This document shows positions 38,756-49,157 of a stretch of 64,000 nucleotides of DNA, piece by piece. Every line of letters begins with the position of its first letter. Positions within the stretch are counted from its first letter, which is position 1. Source of the stretch: an uncultured Verrucomicrobiae bacterium (lineage in GTDB: Bacteria; Verrucomicrobiota; Verrucomicrobiia; Chthoniobacterales; UBA10450); NCBI GenBank assembly GCA_963735805.1, contig CAVTMK010000003.1, positions 160,001-224,000 on the forward strand, given 5' to 3'. A program made the position numbers and the translations under genes. Below the pieces are notes generated by a model. It had not been told where the DNA came from and searched no databases. It saw only the letters and a program-made list of their open reading frames with translations.

Positions 38756-40351
38756 TCAGGCTTTTTGCGCGGCTGCAGCCGGGTAATAGGACTGTATCAC
38801 CAGTTCACTCAGAAATTTGTCCGGTGCATTGACTGCTTCGACGTTGATGACAAAGCGTGTCTGGCCGGTGTTCTTTTTGATCAGATTTAATCCAAACTGG
38901 TAATCCTTGAATAAGTGGGCGCAAAGATCGCTCATTGTCATCCGTTCGCCTTGCGCGCGCTCGACAAGACGCCGCACCGCAGCGTCATCTAAAGCAATTT
39001 CCAACCCATGCTCACTGCTAAATTTCTCCGCAAACTGACGGGCACCCGCTTCAAGCATTTGCGCCTCAAGTTTGTGTCCCTCCGCCATCAACCGGTCGAG
39101 TACGCGCTGTGGCTCGCGCACGAGTGCGGCGGTAACGCGCAACTGGCTCAGCCCTGATCCAGCCAGGTAGTACTTGTAATCGCGAAACAATTTTTCGAAT
39201 ACCGTCAACAGTCCGCGTGCACCGGTTTTTTCCCCGGCAGCCGCCTCAGCCAGCAGACGCAGTGCTTCGTCCTCGAAACTGATTTCAATGCCGTAAGCGC
39301 GAAAGGCGCGCTCATATTGCCGGAGCAAACTGCCCTCGGAATATTTCATGATATTGAAAAGGTCGTCCGCATCCAGGTCTTCACAAACCACGCGCACCGG
39401 AAGCCGGCCGATGAATTCCGGTTCGAATCCATATTCGATAAAATCCTGCGTCGTAACGTGCCCGAACAGTTCGTTGTCCATCACCTGAATCGGTTCCGCG
39501 CTAAATCCGATCTGACCGTGCCGCACGCGTCGCGCCACCTGTTCTTTCAACTTCTCAAATGCGCCGCTGACCACGAAAAGAATGTGGCGAGTGTTGATCG
39601 TCTCTCTTTTTGCTTTGCCGCGCCGCTGAAATTCGAATGCCGCCTGCAATTGCGCCTGCAAGTCGTTCATGCTGCGCACCGGAACTTCTGTTTCCTCCAT
39701 TAACTTCAACAGGGTAGTCTGTACGCCACGTCCGCTCACGTCCCGCCCGATCAAATTGCCGGCCGCCGCGATCTTGTCGATCTCATCGATGTAAATGATC
39801 CCAAACTGCGCCAGGTTCACATCTCCGTCGGCCTTGTGCACCAGTTCGCGCACCAAATCTTCCACATCGCCGCCAACGTATCCGGTCTCGCTGAACTTCG
39901 TCGCGTCTGCCTTAACAAACGGCACTTTGATCAGATCGGCGATGTGTTTGATGAGATAAGTTTTACCGACTCCGGTCGGTCCGACCAGAATCACGTTTTG
40001 CTTGATATATTCAATCTCCTGCGCACGCGTGGCATCTTGCTTCTCAAGACGGCGTAGGTAATTGGCATGGTTGTAATGATCGCAAACTGCGATCGCCAGC
40101 ACCTTCTTCGCTTCATCTTGTTTGATCACGAAGCGGTCAAGGTGAGCCTTAATGTCCCGCGGCAGAAGATTGAATTCGAATTCTTCGTGATCGGTCTTCT
40201 CCGGCTTTTCTTCCTCCTCTGCAGGGGCTGCCTCGGGTTCGGCAAACGTCGCCACAGAGACTCGGTCGCCGAAGTTCTGTTTCATGAACTCCGTGATCTT
40301 GGTCTTCAATTCTTCCGGCGAAGGAAATTGCGGTGGTGGATTTTGCTCCAT
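38756..40351 (-). CDS. ClpX-like AAA+ ATPase without N-terminal Zn domain, with duplicated C-terminal small domain
   Basis: [38 protein letters not shown] loop, [14 protein letters not shown]. Confidence 0.88.
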   Translation of the reverse strand: MEQNPPPQFPSPEELKTKITEFMKQNFGDRVSVATFAEPEAAPAEEEEKPEKTDHEEFEFNLLPRDIKAHLDRFVIKQDEAKKVLAIAVCDHYNHANYLRRLEKQDATRAQEIEYIKQNVILVGPTGVGKTYLIKHIADLIKVPFVKADATKFSETGYVGGDVEDLVRELVHKADGDVNLAQFGIIYIDEIDKIAAAGNLIGRDVSGRGVQTTLLKLMEETEVPVRSMNDLQAQLQAAFEFQRRGKAKRETINTRHILFVVSGAFEKLKEQVARRVRHGQIGFSAEPIQVMDNELFGHVTTQDFIEYGFEPEFIGRLPVRVVCEDLDADDLFNIMKYSEGSLLRQYERAFRAYGIEISFEDEALRLLAEAAAGEKTGARGLLTVFEKLFRDYKYYLAGSGLSQLRVTAALVREPQRVLDRLMAEGHKLEAQMLEAGARQFAEKFSSEHGLEIALDDAAVRRLVERAQGERMTMSDLCAHLFKDYQFGLNLIKKNTGQTRFVINVEAVNAPDKFLSELVIQSYYPAAAAQKA

Positions 40352-40549
40352 ATCGCGATCACGAAAAGGTCGCGTCAAAAACTAATTATAGCAATGATTC
40401 GTCTAAAATCTGACCCTCGGGGCCGGGATTCGTTCATCGGCAATTTGTCCCGCTATTCAAGATCCTACTCTTATTCTTATTCCTGGTGGTGCCTGCCCTT
40501 CTGATTGCTGCGGGAGTAGAACATGGTACGAACAGGATCAAGACGGACG

Positions 40550-42238
40550 CTAGCGCGCCCGCGCAATCCCGGGAAATAGCTGTGCAATTTGCTCTTTGTA
40601 TTCAGGCTTGGCTGTCGCCGCAGCCTCAGCTAATTCCCTCGCCGCTTCCGTTTGCCCGGTTTCACTGGCAAAGACAGCGCAACGCCAGCGCCGATCTGCA
40701 GTGTCAGGCGCTCCCGGATGGATGAAGGATTTTGATACAGCCAGCAATTCTTGCGGCGAAAGCTGCTGCCATTTCACTCCTGCGATGCCGTATGGAAGCT
40801 TCATATTGAGACTTTCATCCGTCGCGCCTGCTATGCCCAGGTATTTCGTGTCGTTGTCGTCCGTGAGCGCGCCCGAGTAATGGATCTGATTGAGATCGTC
40901 TATCAGCGTCTTCTTCCAATCGAACAAGAGTTGCGCTCTCTTTTCTGCGACCTCCTTTGCCGGCTGAAAGTATGTGCCGATCAGTTTCACATCTCTGATT
41001 GTCTCCGCCGCTTGGTCAAAGTGATAAAACGCGATTTCCTCTTTATAGGTGGCAAGCGCTCGATTCCACGGGCCGCGCTCCTTAAAGGAAGTTGCCAGCG
41101 CCGAAACGTCCGCCCAGGAACGTGAAATACCTCGTTCGCGGATGAAGGAAACTGCAGCGGCAAGCAGCACAACCGGTAGAACAATCCGAACCGACCATCG
41201 AAACGATTGGCGCACAACTTCCCGCACGCGTTCAACCCAGCGCCAGGAAAACCGAGGCAGCGTCCAACGCGAACGGCGCAACTGCGACACTGCGCCCCTG
41301 TCACTTGGGCTCTCCAAGTTGCGCCGCGCCGACTCCAATTCGGTCACCAGATCGTCGTAGGAAGAAAAACGCCGCCCAGGATCAGGCGCGATCATTCGTC
41401 GCAGAGCGTGCGCCGTACAGGGAGAAACATCCGGCGCCACGAGCTCCAAATCGAGCGGTCGTTCTTTCAATTCGTGCAATGCAGCAGCAGAATTTGTGGA
41501 GGCTTCAATCGGCGGCCTGCCGGCGATGGCATGAAACAGCGTGGCGCCCAAACTGTAGATGTCGCCGCGAAAATCCTCCGGCTGATTACTCAATCTTTCT
41601 GGTGCCACATAATGTGGCGTTCCCCAGACCGCGCTGTCGGTTTCTGAACGGTGCGTTGCCACGCTGGCAAGGCCGAAGTCGCCGATTTTTGCTGCTTGTT
41701 CGTCGCTAAATAGAATATTTGCCGGCTTCACGTCGCGATGGATCAGTCCCCGTCGTAGCGCGGCGCGCAACCCTCTCGCAACCTGGATACCAATTTCGAG
41801 CACTTGCTTTTCCGGCAACCGCGGTTGCACCGCCATCAAATCGTCAAGGCTTCCACGATCGACCAGTTCCATCACGATATAAAACTGGCCATGATCTGTT
41901 CCGGAATCGAATACTTGAATCACGTGAGGATGATTCACCGAGGCCGCAATGCGCGCCTCTCGCTGCAATCGAGCGTCATAATCCTCTTCTCCGCCGAGAT
42001 CTCTTCGCAATAGCTTCAACGCCACAAACCGATCCAGTTGCGTGTCGCGCGCTTTGTAAACAGTACCCATTCCTCCAACGCCAAGTGTTTCCACTACGAG
42101 AAAGTGATCAAAAGTTCGTTGGACACGGACTTTCTTGCCGCAGTTCGGACACGGGATGCGCGCTAACGGCTCCGCTGCGGCGGTATCGACAGCTGTTCCG
42201 CAAGCGGGACATGTTTGGGCGGTGGGCTCACTCGCCAT
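40550..42238 (-). CDS. Ser/Thr protein kinase with N-terminal Zn ribbon and TM
   Basis: CPAC...CPNC; LGVGGMG, VALK, HRDVKPAN, DFG, GTPHYVAPE, DIYSLG; TM IVLPVVLLAAAVSF. Confidence 0.92.
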   Translation of the reverse strand: MASEPTAQTCPACGTAVDTAAAEPLARIPCPNCGKKVRVQRTFDHFLVVETLGVGGMGTVYKARDTQLDRFVALKLLRRDLGGEEDYDARLQREARIAASVNHPHVIQVFDSGTDHGQFYIVMELVDRGSLDDLMAVQPRLPEKQVLEIGIQVARGLRAALRRGLIHRDVKPANILFSDEQAAKIGDFGLASVATHRSETDSAVWGTPHYVAPERLSNQPEDFRGDIYSLGATLFHAIAGRPPIEASTNSAAALHELKERPLDLELVAPDVSPCTAHALRRMIAPDPGRRFSSYDDLVTELESARRNLESPSDRGAVSQLRRSRWTLPRFSWRWVERVREVVRQSFRWSVRIVLPVVLLAAAVSFIRERGISRSWADVSALATSFKERGPWNRALATYKEEIAFYHFDQAAETIRDVKLIGTYFQPAKEVAEKRAQLLFDWKKTLIDDLNQIHYSGALTDDNDTKYLGIAGATDESLNMKLPYGIAGVKWQQLSPQELLAVSKSFIHPGAPDTADRRWRCAVFASETGQTEAARELAEAAATAKPEYKEQIAQLFPGIARAR

Positions 42239-42464
42239 TGGGCAGCAATTGTAACATTCAGCCCGAACAGAGCAAAATGTGGCACTGGCAGCCCATCCGC
42301 CAGCTCGCGTGTGCCTCGAGCTTGAGCCAGTTACACGCGAAAAGTTTCTCAGTGTCTTTCGAAAAAAGTCTTTCCATACTGTTGTGCTCCTGAGTAAAAA
42401 GGGCTCCCCGCCTACCGAAACCTGCAATTGAGAAGAATTCTGATTTGAAGCGGGAGAACGTAAA

Positions 42465-42720
42465 ATGGAAAAACAACTCAACCCTTCCGTTAAAGCCCAT
42501 CTTCCTCGAGGTCCCTTTTACCTGATTCTGCTTGTACCCGTTTGCGTGACACCATTCGCGCTCGTTGGACGGGGATGCCTCCATTCACTCCCACGCCTAC
42601 AGCCACTCCCATTGCGACACCAACCCCAACTCCGACAGTTACCCCTACGCCTACACCGACGTCCCCTCGGCGATGGGTGACTTAGCGAATTGTCGTAGCG
42701 AGCTGTTCGGGTGGGCGCCT
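42465..42720 (+). pseudogene. Decayed remnant of a secreted Pro/Thr-linker protein
   Basis: Signal-like MEKQLNPSVKAHLPRGPFYLILLVPVCVTPFAL, then PFTPTPTATPIATPTPTPTVTPTPTPT in another frame (42575-42685). Confidence 0.55.
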
Positions 42721-42802
42721 CGCCTGCCGATTCACAAACTGCTATTATCTGTTCAATCGGTCGCCATCCGGGATTAACAGCTGCGGCACACATTCATCTA
42801 TC

Positions 42803-43735
42803 ATGAGGCACCTTCCAGCGGAAACTTCGGCTCGAACCGAGCTTGTCGTGTCAGCCGATGAATCAAAAATTCGACTCGATCAATTTCTGGCGAAGCGACT
42901 TCCGGAATTCTCCCGGTCACGACTCCAGCAGTTGATTCGCGCAGGATTTGTTCGACTCAACGACGCAATCAGCCGCCCACGTCAGATTGTTCGAGGCGGC
43001 GACAGGATTGAGCTTACGGAGCCTTCGCTGGAAAAGATCGAAACTCTGCCGGAACAAATCCCACTTGAGATTCTCTTCGAAGACGAGGATCTCATCGTGA
43101 TCAATAAACCGGCGGGGCTCGTCGTTCATCCAGGCGCCGGTCATCGCGAACACACATTAGTCAACGCGCTTCTCAATCACTGCGCGGCGTTGTCGGGAAT
43201 CGGCGGGAAAGAGCGCCCCGGCATCGTGCATCGTCTCGACAAAGAGACGAGCGGCTGCATTGTCGTGGCAAAGAACGACGCGGCACACCGGGAGTTATCC
43301 AAACAATTTGCTGAACGCACGGTTGAAAAGATTTATCTAGCCGTCGTCGCCGGAAAATTGCGTAAGGTCGCCGGTGTAATCGAAGAAAAAATCGGACGAC
43401 ATCCAATTCATCGACAACAAATGAGCGCGACCGCTGTCCGTGGACGGGCGGCCAGAACCGAGTATCGCGTCGTTCGATCAGCCGAGTGCGCCAGTCTCGT
43501 CGAGTGCCGGTTACACAGCGGACGGACTCATCAAATTCGTGTGCATCTTCATCACCTCAGACATCCAGTGCTTGGCGACAAAGTTTACGCGGCGCATTTC
43601 GCAAAGGGTTTTCCGCGACAGATGTTGCATGCATGGAAGCTTGGATTTCGCCATCCTCGCACACAGGAATGGAAAAGCTTTGAGGCGCCGGTGCCTGATG
43701 ATTTTAGCAGCGCCCTGGCAGCATCCGGCCTGTAA
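42803..43735 (+). CDS. rluD: RluA-family pseudouridine synthase with S4 domain
   Basis: RLDQFL, SRSRLQ, INKPAGLVVHP, GIVHRLDKETSG, GRTHQIRVH, LHA. Confidence 0.92.
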   Translation: MRHLPAETSARTELVVSADESKIRLDQFLAKRLPEFSRSRLQQLIRAGFVRLNDAISRPRQIVRGGDRIELTEPSLEKIETLPEQIPLEILFEDEDLIVINKPAGLVVHPGAGHREHTLVNALLNHCAALSGIGGKERPGIVHRLDKETSGCIVVAKNDAAHRELSKQFAERTVEKIYLAVVAGKLRKVAGVIEEKIGRHPIHRQQMSATAVRGRAARTEYRVVRSAECASLVECRLHSGRTHQIRVHLHHLRHPVLGDKVYAAHFAKGFPRQMLHAWKLGFRHPRTQEWKSFEAPVPDDFSSALAASGL

Positions 43736-44136
43736 ATCTTGCGATTATTCGCTGAGTACTCGGCGTAGACCCGTTGGCCCCTTATACAAAACGAGCTTCT
43801 TTCGGCAACCTGTCAGACCCCCTACCCTGCCTTGCCAGGCTCTGCCATAGCCGTAGAAAACGCTTGCGGCGCTTCCCTCGTGCGACTGCTGTCTCGGCCA
43901 TCCAAAGGTGAAATTGTTTGCGTTGAAACGCTCTCCTGATGTTCCTCATGCAACAATATCGCACGGTTAACCCAAATCCTTGCAGCATATCTCTGCAAGG
44001 CTGTCATCAGGTGTATGCGACGTTTATAACAGCTTTTAGCCTAGCTGGTTACAGATCCGAACAAATGGCCTAACTACCAGTTGGGGAAAATAAGCTAATT
44101 GGTCAACGGCTGCGTGTGGGCGATAGGATGGTAACT

Positions 44137-45585
44137 CTAGGTGAGGGCAGCCAAAAGCTCGCTTAATTCGATTCTAACAATGCTCGAAGTCGTATCGCTA
44201 ATACCATAGGGCAGGATGAGTTGCCCGTTGTGGACGAGCGACCCACAGGAGTAAACGACATTAGGCACGTAGCCTTCCCTTTCGTTCGCTTCCGGTTTTA
44301 AGAGCGGCTCTTTGAGCTGGCCAATAATCCTTGTAGGGTGGTACAAATCGAGCAAGGCCGCTCCAATGCAGTATTTTCGCATCGGACCGACGCCGTGAGT
44401 AAGAACCAACCAGCCAGCTTCGGTTTCAATCGGCGAGCCACAGTTACCGAGCTTCACAAACTCCCAGGGCTGCTGGGACTCTTCTAGTAGCTGTGGGTCG
44501 CTCCAAAAATACGGACTGTCCGAGAACATAAGATAAAGGTTTTCATCATCCTGTCGTGAAAGCATCACATAGCGTCCATCGATCCGACGAGGAAAGAGAG
44601 CCATGCCTTTGTTTTGCACGGCCGGTCCGTTAAGTGTTAAGACACGGAAGTTAAGGAAGTCCACCGTCTCGATTAGCTGGGGTAGAATGACTCGACCATT
44701 GTAGGCCGTGTAAGTCGCGTAGTAGATAACGTGCCCATCGTCTTCGACAAAACGGACGAAGCGAGCGTCCTCAATCCCATTGCTCTCGTTAGGCGAGACT
44801 GGAAAGATAATGCGTTCCGATATTTCCGAAGAAGGAGCGAAATGAATTTCGTAGTTGGATTCCGCCAGCCAGTGCATGCATTCCAAAGTTCGCGGCACGT
44901 CGCGCGTGTGTGCAGAAGCTTGATCGGGCGCTGCTTGCTGGATGGACTTATCCAACTCATCAAAAAGGAAGGTCTCACCTAATCGCCCCATGACGGAGGC
45001 GGCCCAGTCATTCTCAAGTCCCATCTCACTTAGTTTGTGCAGGAAGCTGCGTTTGTGGTAGGTGGGATTGAGGTTAAGCTCAGGCAGTGTTACAAAAGGC
45101 GTCGTCTTTTCGATCTCTATTGAATAGTCACGATGGATAACTCCGGTTCGAAACTGAATCGACGAGACGTGTCCTTCCCCCGTCGAGCGCAGGCTCATGA
45201 TAAAGCGGAGATCACCCTCAGCTAGGTCGGTCTGGTCAGGATGCGGCACGATCGAGGGGTTAAACAAGGCTGCCGATTCGAGCGCATACTCACCGGAGAA
45301 AAGCGCGCCGACAAATAGTTTGCGTGCTTCGGAAATCGCCTCGTTGTCAGGAACGTTCCCTCGCACTTTTTCGAAATTTCGCATCCAACTCTTGTCAAGA
45401 TCAATATGTCTTTCGCTGAAATCCGCTCTAACTAACGAAAGCTGCTTTTCGGTTTCCGGTTCGCTTAGCGCGAGAGCGCGGGTGATGATATGTTCGACGC
45501 GAGTGGGATTGATCGGGATGAACGGACGCACCACCACGCGTTTGTTGTCCGGCCGAAGATGGACGCCCGTCGGATGAAGTTTCAT
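44137..45585 (-). CDS. Glycoside hydrolase family 130 protein with N-terminal extension
   Basis: ALFNPS, GEGHVSSI, GIEDARF, YATYTAY, NKGMALFP, GYVPNVVYSCG. Confidence 0.88.
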   Translation of the reverse strand: MKLHPTGVHLRPDNKRVVVRPFIPINPTRVEHIITRALALSEPETEKQLSLVRADFSERHIDLDKSWMRNFEKVRGNVPDNEAISEARKLFVGALFSGEYALESAALFNPSIVPHPDQTDLAEGDLRFIMSLRSTGEGHVSSIQFRTGVIHRDYSIEIEKTTPFVTLPELNLNPTYHKRSFLHKLSEMGLENDWAASVMGRLGETFLFDELDKSIQQAAPDQASAHTRDVPRTLECMHWLAESNYEIHFAPSSEISERIIFPVSPNESNGIEDARFVRFVEDDGHVIYYATYTAYNGRVILPQLIETVDFLNFRVLTLNGPAVQNKGMALFPRRIDGRYVMLSRQDDENLYLMFSDSPYFWSDPQLLEESQQPWEFVKLGNCGSPIETEAGWLVLTHGVGPMRKYCIGAALLDLYHPTRIIGQLKEPLLKPEANEREGYVPNVVYSCGSLVHNGQLILPYGISDTTSSIVRIELSELLAALT

Positions 45586-47864
45586 CCAGAGTTGTGACTC
45601 GCAATCTTTAAGTCAGGCGCGGTTTCTGCCTGCGTCATTTCCGCGAGGGACAAGTAAAACGCGAGACTTGACTCTGCTCCCTGATTCTGGCTCACGCGAT
45701 CCTGATGCAAAGCATCGCGACATCCCCCGGTGCTGGAATCGTAAAGGGATTCTCCGAGGTCGTTCCGACCAAGGAACCACTCGAAACAACGGCGCGACGC
45801 GCGCTTCCAGTATTCGTCATGGGTGAGAGCAAAAGCCTCCAGACAGGCCGAGATGGTAGCATATGCCTCTACTGGCTGTTGATCGAAGCGTGCGCGTTCG
45901 CCTCCGCGCTTCCAAAAACCGTTGGAGCCAAACGGAGCGAAATGTCCGGTCTTCGCTCTTTGCGTCTCCACCAGCCAGCGGAGCGACTGCAAACCTGCCT
46001 GGAATACTTCGCCACGCGAAGTCCAATGACCACTGAGGATCATCGCATGTGAAAGCTTTGCGTTGTCGTAGGTGGCGACTGGCTCGAACCATTGCCATTC
46101 CTTCGAACTGTTGGCTTGAAACAACTCGAGCAGTCGCGTCGTGAGCAGGTCACGTAGCTGATTCACCATGCGGTCTCCGGAGAAGCTGCGCAGGTATTCC
46201 TGCATTGCGAGCAGCACGAAGGCCCAGGCGCGCGGAGAAGTGAACTCCTCTACGACCGGCAAACCCCTTTGGAATAACAACGCACAAAGATTGCGATGAC
46301 CGTCATTTCGGGATCGGCCAAGCGCCATTCCCACAGCCCACAGCGCTCGCGCGTGACTGTCTTCCGAGCCGAACTCTTCCAGCCATTCCCGGCTATGACT
46401 CATAAAATTCCGAAAGCGATTCGTTTCCTGATTGAATGCATCCCATAAGAACGAAAGATAAGTGCTGGACAGGCGTTCAACGTCCCGTTGCGCCACACGA
46501 TTGGTCATCTCCGGAAGCAGCAGGGTCAGGATAAACGCGCGTGCATTGTCGTCGGTGCAATACCCCTCCCGGTAATTCGGCACGTTGAAAATAGCGTGCT
46601 GGAAAATTCCGGTGTTGTCGGTCATCCGAAAAAGATGATCGAGTTTTAGCGGCGGAAATTCATAAGGACTATTTCCCAGAGTTCGAACGGCAAAGGCTTT
46701 GCGTGACGGAGCAGTCAATCGCACGCGTGCGCGCTGAAAGCTTTCCATGTAACGACCGGCTACTACCGGCCAGATCATTTCGCGTCCGAGCTTCCATGCA
46801 CGTTTTCGCATTCCCGCCATCAGTGCAGGATTAGACAGGAGGCGAGTTACTCCTTCGGCAATAGCATTGCTGTCGCGAAAGGGCACAAGAATGCCGCCTT
46901 CCTCCGCGAGTAACTCCTGCGCGTAGAGATAACGAGTCGAAATCACCGCTTTGCCTGCGCCGAAAGCATAGGCCAGGGTGCCGGACGTGATTTGCGCTTC
47001 GTTAAGATAGGGTGTGATGTAAATGTCGGCAGCGCCGATAAAATCTGTTAGTTCCTCCAGCGTCACGAAGCGGTTGTAGAAAATAACATTGCCCGTCACA
47101 CCTCGATCTTCAGCCAGACGCTCAAGCTTTAACCGGTAAGTCTCGCCTTCCCGCGAAAGAAGATTGGGATGTGTCGCACCAAGGACTATATAAACGACGT
47201 TCGGGTGCTCCTTGAGAATTTCCGGTAACGCCTCGATTACATACTCAATGCCTTTGTTAGGCGAAAGGAGTCCAAAGGTAAGCAGCATTGTCTTACCTTC
47301 CACGCCGAACTGATCCTTGTGGAAAGTCGGGTCGATGAACTGCACATCAGGCACGCCGTGCGGGATGAGATCGATCTTCTCGGGCGAAACGCCATAGACC
47401 TCCTTTAACAACCCTCGCCCACGTTCAGCCATCACGACAAAACGATTCGATAGCGCATTGAGCTGCTCCATGACGAATCTCTGAGACTCGTTAGGTTCGC
47501 GCAGCACAGTGTGCAGCGTTGTCACTACCGGCATATGCAAATCGCGCAGCAAAGCCAGTAAGTGACTTCCGGCCGCTCCTCCGTAGATGCCAAACTCATG
47601 TTGGACCGAGACGACCTCGACGTTGTTAATGTTTAAAAAATCCGCCGCGCGCCGGTATGAGTCGATCTCCTTTTCATCGATTTCAAAACGGATACGCGTC
47701 GAATAGTCGTAGCCCTCGGGGCGATCGTTCACTGCTCCTACGATGCATTCGCAATTCGGGTACTCGGCTGCGACCGCCTCACAAATGTCGGTCGTAAACG
47801 TCGCAACGCCACATTGCCTGGGCATATAATCCCCCAGGAAAGCGACGCGGTTGATCGTGGTCAT
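45582..47864 (-). CDS. GT4 glycosyltransferase fused to C-terminal alpha/alpha-barrel-like domain
   Basis: PRQCGVATF, QHEFGIYG, FGLLSPNKG, SGTLAYA; GYCTDDNARA, FDQQPVE, NQGAES. Confidence 0.88.
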   Translation of the reverse strand: MTTINRVAFLGDYMPRQCGVATFTTDICEAVAAEYPNCECIVGAVNDRPEGYDYSTRIRFEIDEKEIDSYRRAADFLNINNVEVVSVQHEFGIYGGAAGSHLLALLRDLHMPVVTTLHTVLREPNESQRFVMEQLNALSNRFVVMAERGRGLLKEVYGVSPEKIDLIPHGVPDVQFIDPTFHKDQFGVEGKTMLLTFGLLSPNKGIEYVIEALPEILKEHPNVVYIVLGATHPNLLSREGETYRLKLERLAEDRGVTGNVIFYNRFVTLEELTDFIGAADIYITPYLNEAQITSGTLAYAFGAGKAVISTRYLYAQELLAEEGGILVPFRDSNAIAEGVTRLLSNPALMAGMRKRAWKLGREMIWPVVAGRYMESFQRARVRLTAPSRKAFAVRTLGNSPYEFPPLKLDHLFRMTDNTGIFQHAIFNVPNYREGYCTDDNARAFILTLLLPEMTNRVAQRDVERLSSTYLSFLWDAFNQETNRFRNFMSHSREWLEEFGSEDSHARALWAVGMALGRSRNDGHRNLCALLFQRGLPVVEEFTSPRAWAFVLLAMQEYLRSFSGDRMVNQLRDLLTTRLLELFQANSSKEWQWFEPVATYDNAKLSHAMILSGHWTSRGEVFQAGLQSLRWLVETQRAKTGHFAPFGSNGFWKRGGERARFDQQPVEAYATISACLEAFALTHDEYWKRASRRCFEWFLGRNDLGESLYDSSTGGCRDALHQDRVSQNQGAESSLAFYLSLAEMTQAETAPDLKIASHNSG

Positions 47865-47985
47865 CAGGCAGCCTGAGTTAGTGTCTTTTCAACAATTATG
47901 AGCCTTTCTCCATCGAGGACCCTGGGGCTAAAACACGCTGCCGCTCTCGCTAGGTTTGTCGCGCCTGGCCGCGCGTGGCGGCGGA

Positions 47986-48885
47986 TCAACTCGCGATCTT
48001 GCTTCGTAAATCTCGCACCTGCGCCTGGGTGGACTCAATTGCTTCCTGCGGGACACGGCGCAAATCTCGCGTCAAGCCGAGCTTCGACAAACTCCAAATC
48101 AACCATTTCGTCGGGTCCCACTGCCACGGCTTCACGCCGTTACGATAGTCGTGTTGAAATTGATGGTGATAATTGTGATAGCCTTCGCCAAACGTAAAGA
48201 GCGCCAGGAAAAACGAGTCGCGCGCACTGCAGCGCGTAGAATACGGCTGACGCCCGATGGTATGGCAGGCTGAGTTAATCAGGAATGTGCCATGTTGAAG
48301 CACCACGACTCTTGCCACGCCACCAATTAGAAAACCGCCGAGCGCGCCGACCGAGCCGTTCCAGAGGAACCCGGCAAGTGTTGGCAGGACGAAGCCGATC
48401 ACGACAGCAAGGAGATGAATATGCCGGTGTTGCCACATGACCAGCGGATCCTTCTTTAGGTCGGCAACATTATCGAACGGCGGTTCCGGCAAAAGCTTGA
48501 ACAACAGCCACCCAATGTGGGCGTGGAAAAATCCTTTGGTGATGTCATACGGGTCTTCGTCGTGATCCACATGTTTATGATGGCGGCGATGCTCGCTGGC
48601 CCACATGAGAACCGAATTCTCAAACGCGGCGGAGCCGAAGATGACGGTAAACAAACGCACCGGTAGTTTCGCCCGGAAAGTCATATGCGAAAACAAACGA
48701 TGATAACCTAGTGTGATACTAAAGCCGGTCGCCGCCAGCAACACGAAAAACAGTGTGAGTTGAAACCAATCAACGCCGAAATACCACAGGTACAGCGGCA
48801 CAGCAGTGAGTGTCAGAAAAAACGTCCCGATCAAGAACGAACTAGTCGTCCAGTTAATGCGATCGGTCGGAATGCGGAAAATCAC
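47986..48885 (-). CDS. Delta-9 acyl-lipid/acyl-CoA desaturase
   Basis: His boxes GYHRLFSH, HRRHH, GEGYHNYHH; DPTKW. Confidence 0.93.
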   Translation of the reverse strand: MIFRIPTDRINWTTSSFLIGTFFLTLTAVPLYLWYFGVDWFQLTLFFVLLAATGFSITLGYHRLFSHMTFRAKLPVRLFTVIFGSAAFENSVLMWASEHRRHHKHVDHDEDPYDITKGFFHAHIGWLLFKLLPEPPFDNVADLKKDPLVMWQHRHIHLLAVVIGFVLPTLAGFLWNGSVGALGGFLIGGVARVVVLQHGTFLINSACHTIGRQPYSTRCSARDSFFLALFTFGEGYHNYHHQFQHDYRNGVKPWQWDPTKWLIWSLSKLGLTRDLRRVPQEAIESTQAQVRDLRSKIAS

Positions 48886-48906
48886 TGGTGGGACTTAAGG
48901 GCCGGG

Positions 48907-49155
48907 TTAGCGGTGCACTGACGTCGGCCGGCCCAGAATGACGTCGCTCTTTGTCCAGGTATGAACGCTGCCGCAGTGCACGCAGGTGAATTTTTGCGCT
49001 TTCAGTTTGGTTGTCGCCCAGCGTTTTTCTTCGATTGTCTTCCCAGTATCAGTCAGCTTGGACGTTGAAGGACAGCGCACGAGCAAGCTTTTGATATTGG
49101 GGCCGACCTTTGCTTTTGGTCGTCGCGGCGGATCGAACAGAAATCTGGTTGCCAT
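48907..49155 (-). CDS. Small Zn-ribbon-like protein
   Basis: VRCPST...TG...CVHCGSVHTW; starts 2 bp after infA stop. Confidence 0.65.
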   Translation of the reverse strand: MATRFLFDPPRRPKAKVGPNIKSLLVRCPSTSKLTDTGKTIEEKRWATTKLKAQKFTCVHCGSVHTWTKSDVILGRPTSVHR

Positions 49156-49157
49156 AG

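Noticed and set aside
39415..39435. tRNA T-loop-like GGTTCGAATCC
   Set aside because: Lies inside the clpX-like CDS (GFEP codons on the minus strand) with no cloverleaf around it
41719..42393. Long alternative-frame and antisense ORFs (also 53004-53639, 59614-60225, 62417-63070)
   Set aside because: Shadow ORFs of well-supported genes, expected at this GC content
43782..44007. Small basic ORFs between rluD and GH130
   Set aside because: Short, mutually overlapping, no motif or clear RBS; the CCTTGCAG...CTGCAAGG hairpin at about 43978-44000 suggests non-coding terminator DNA
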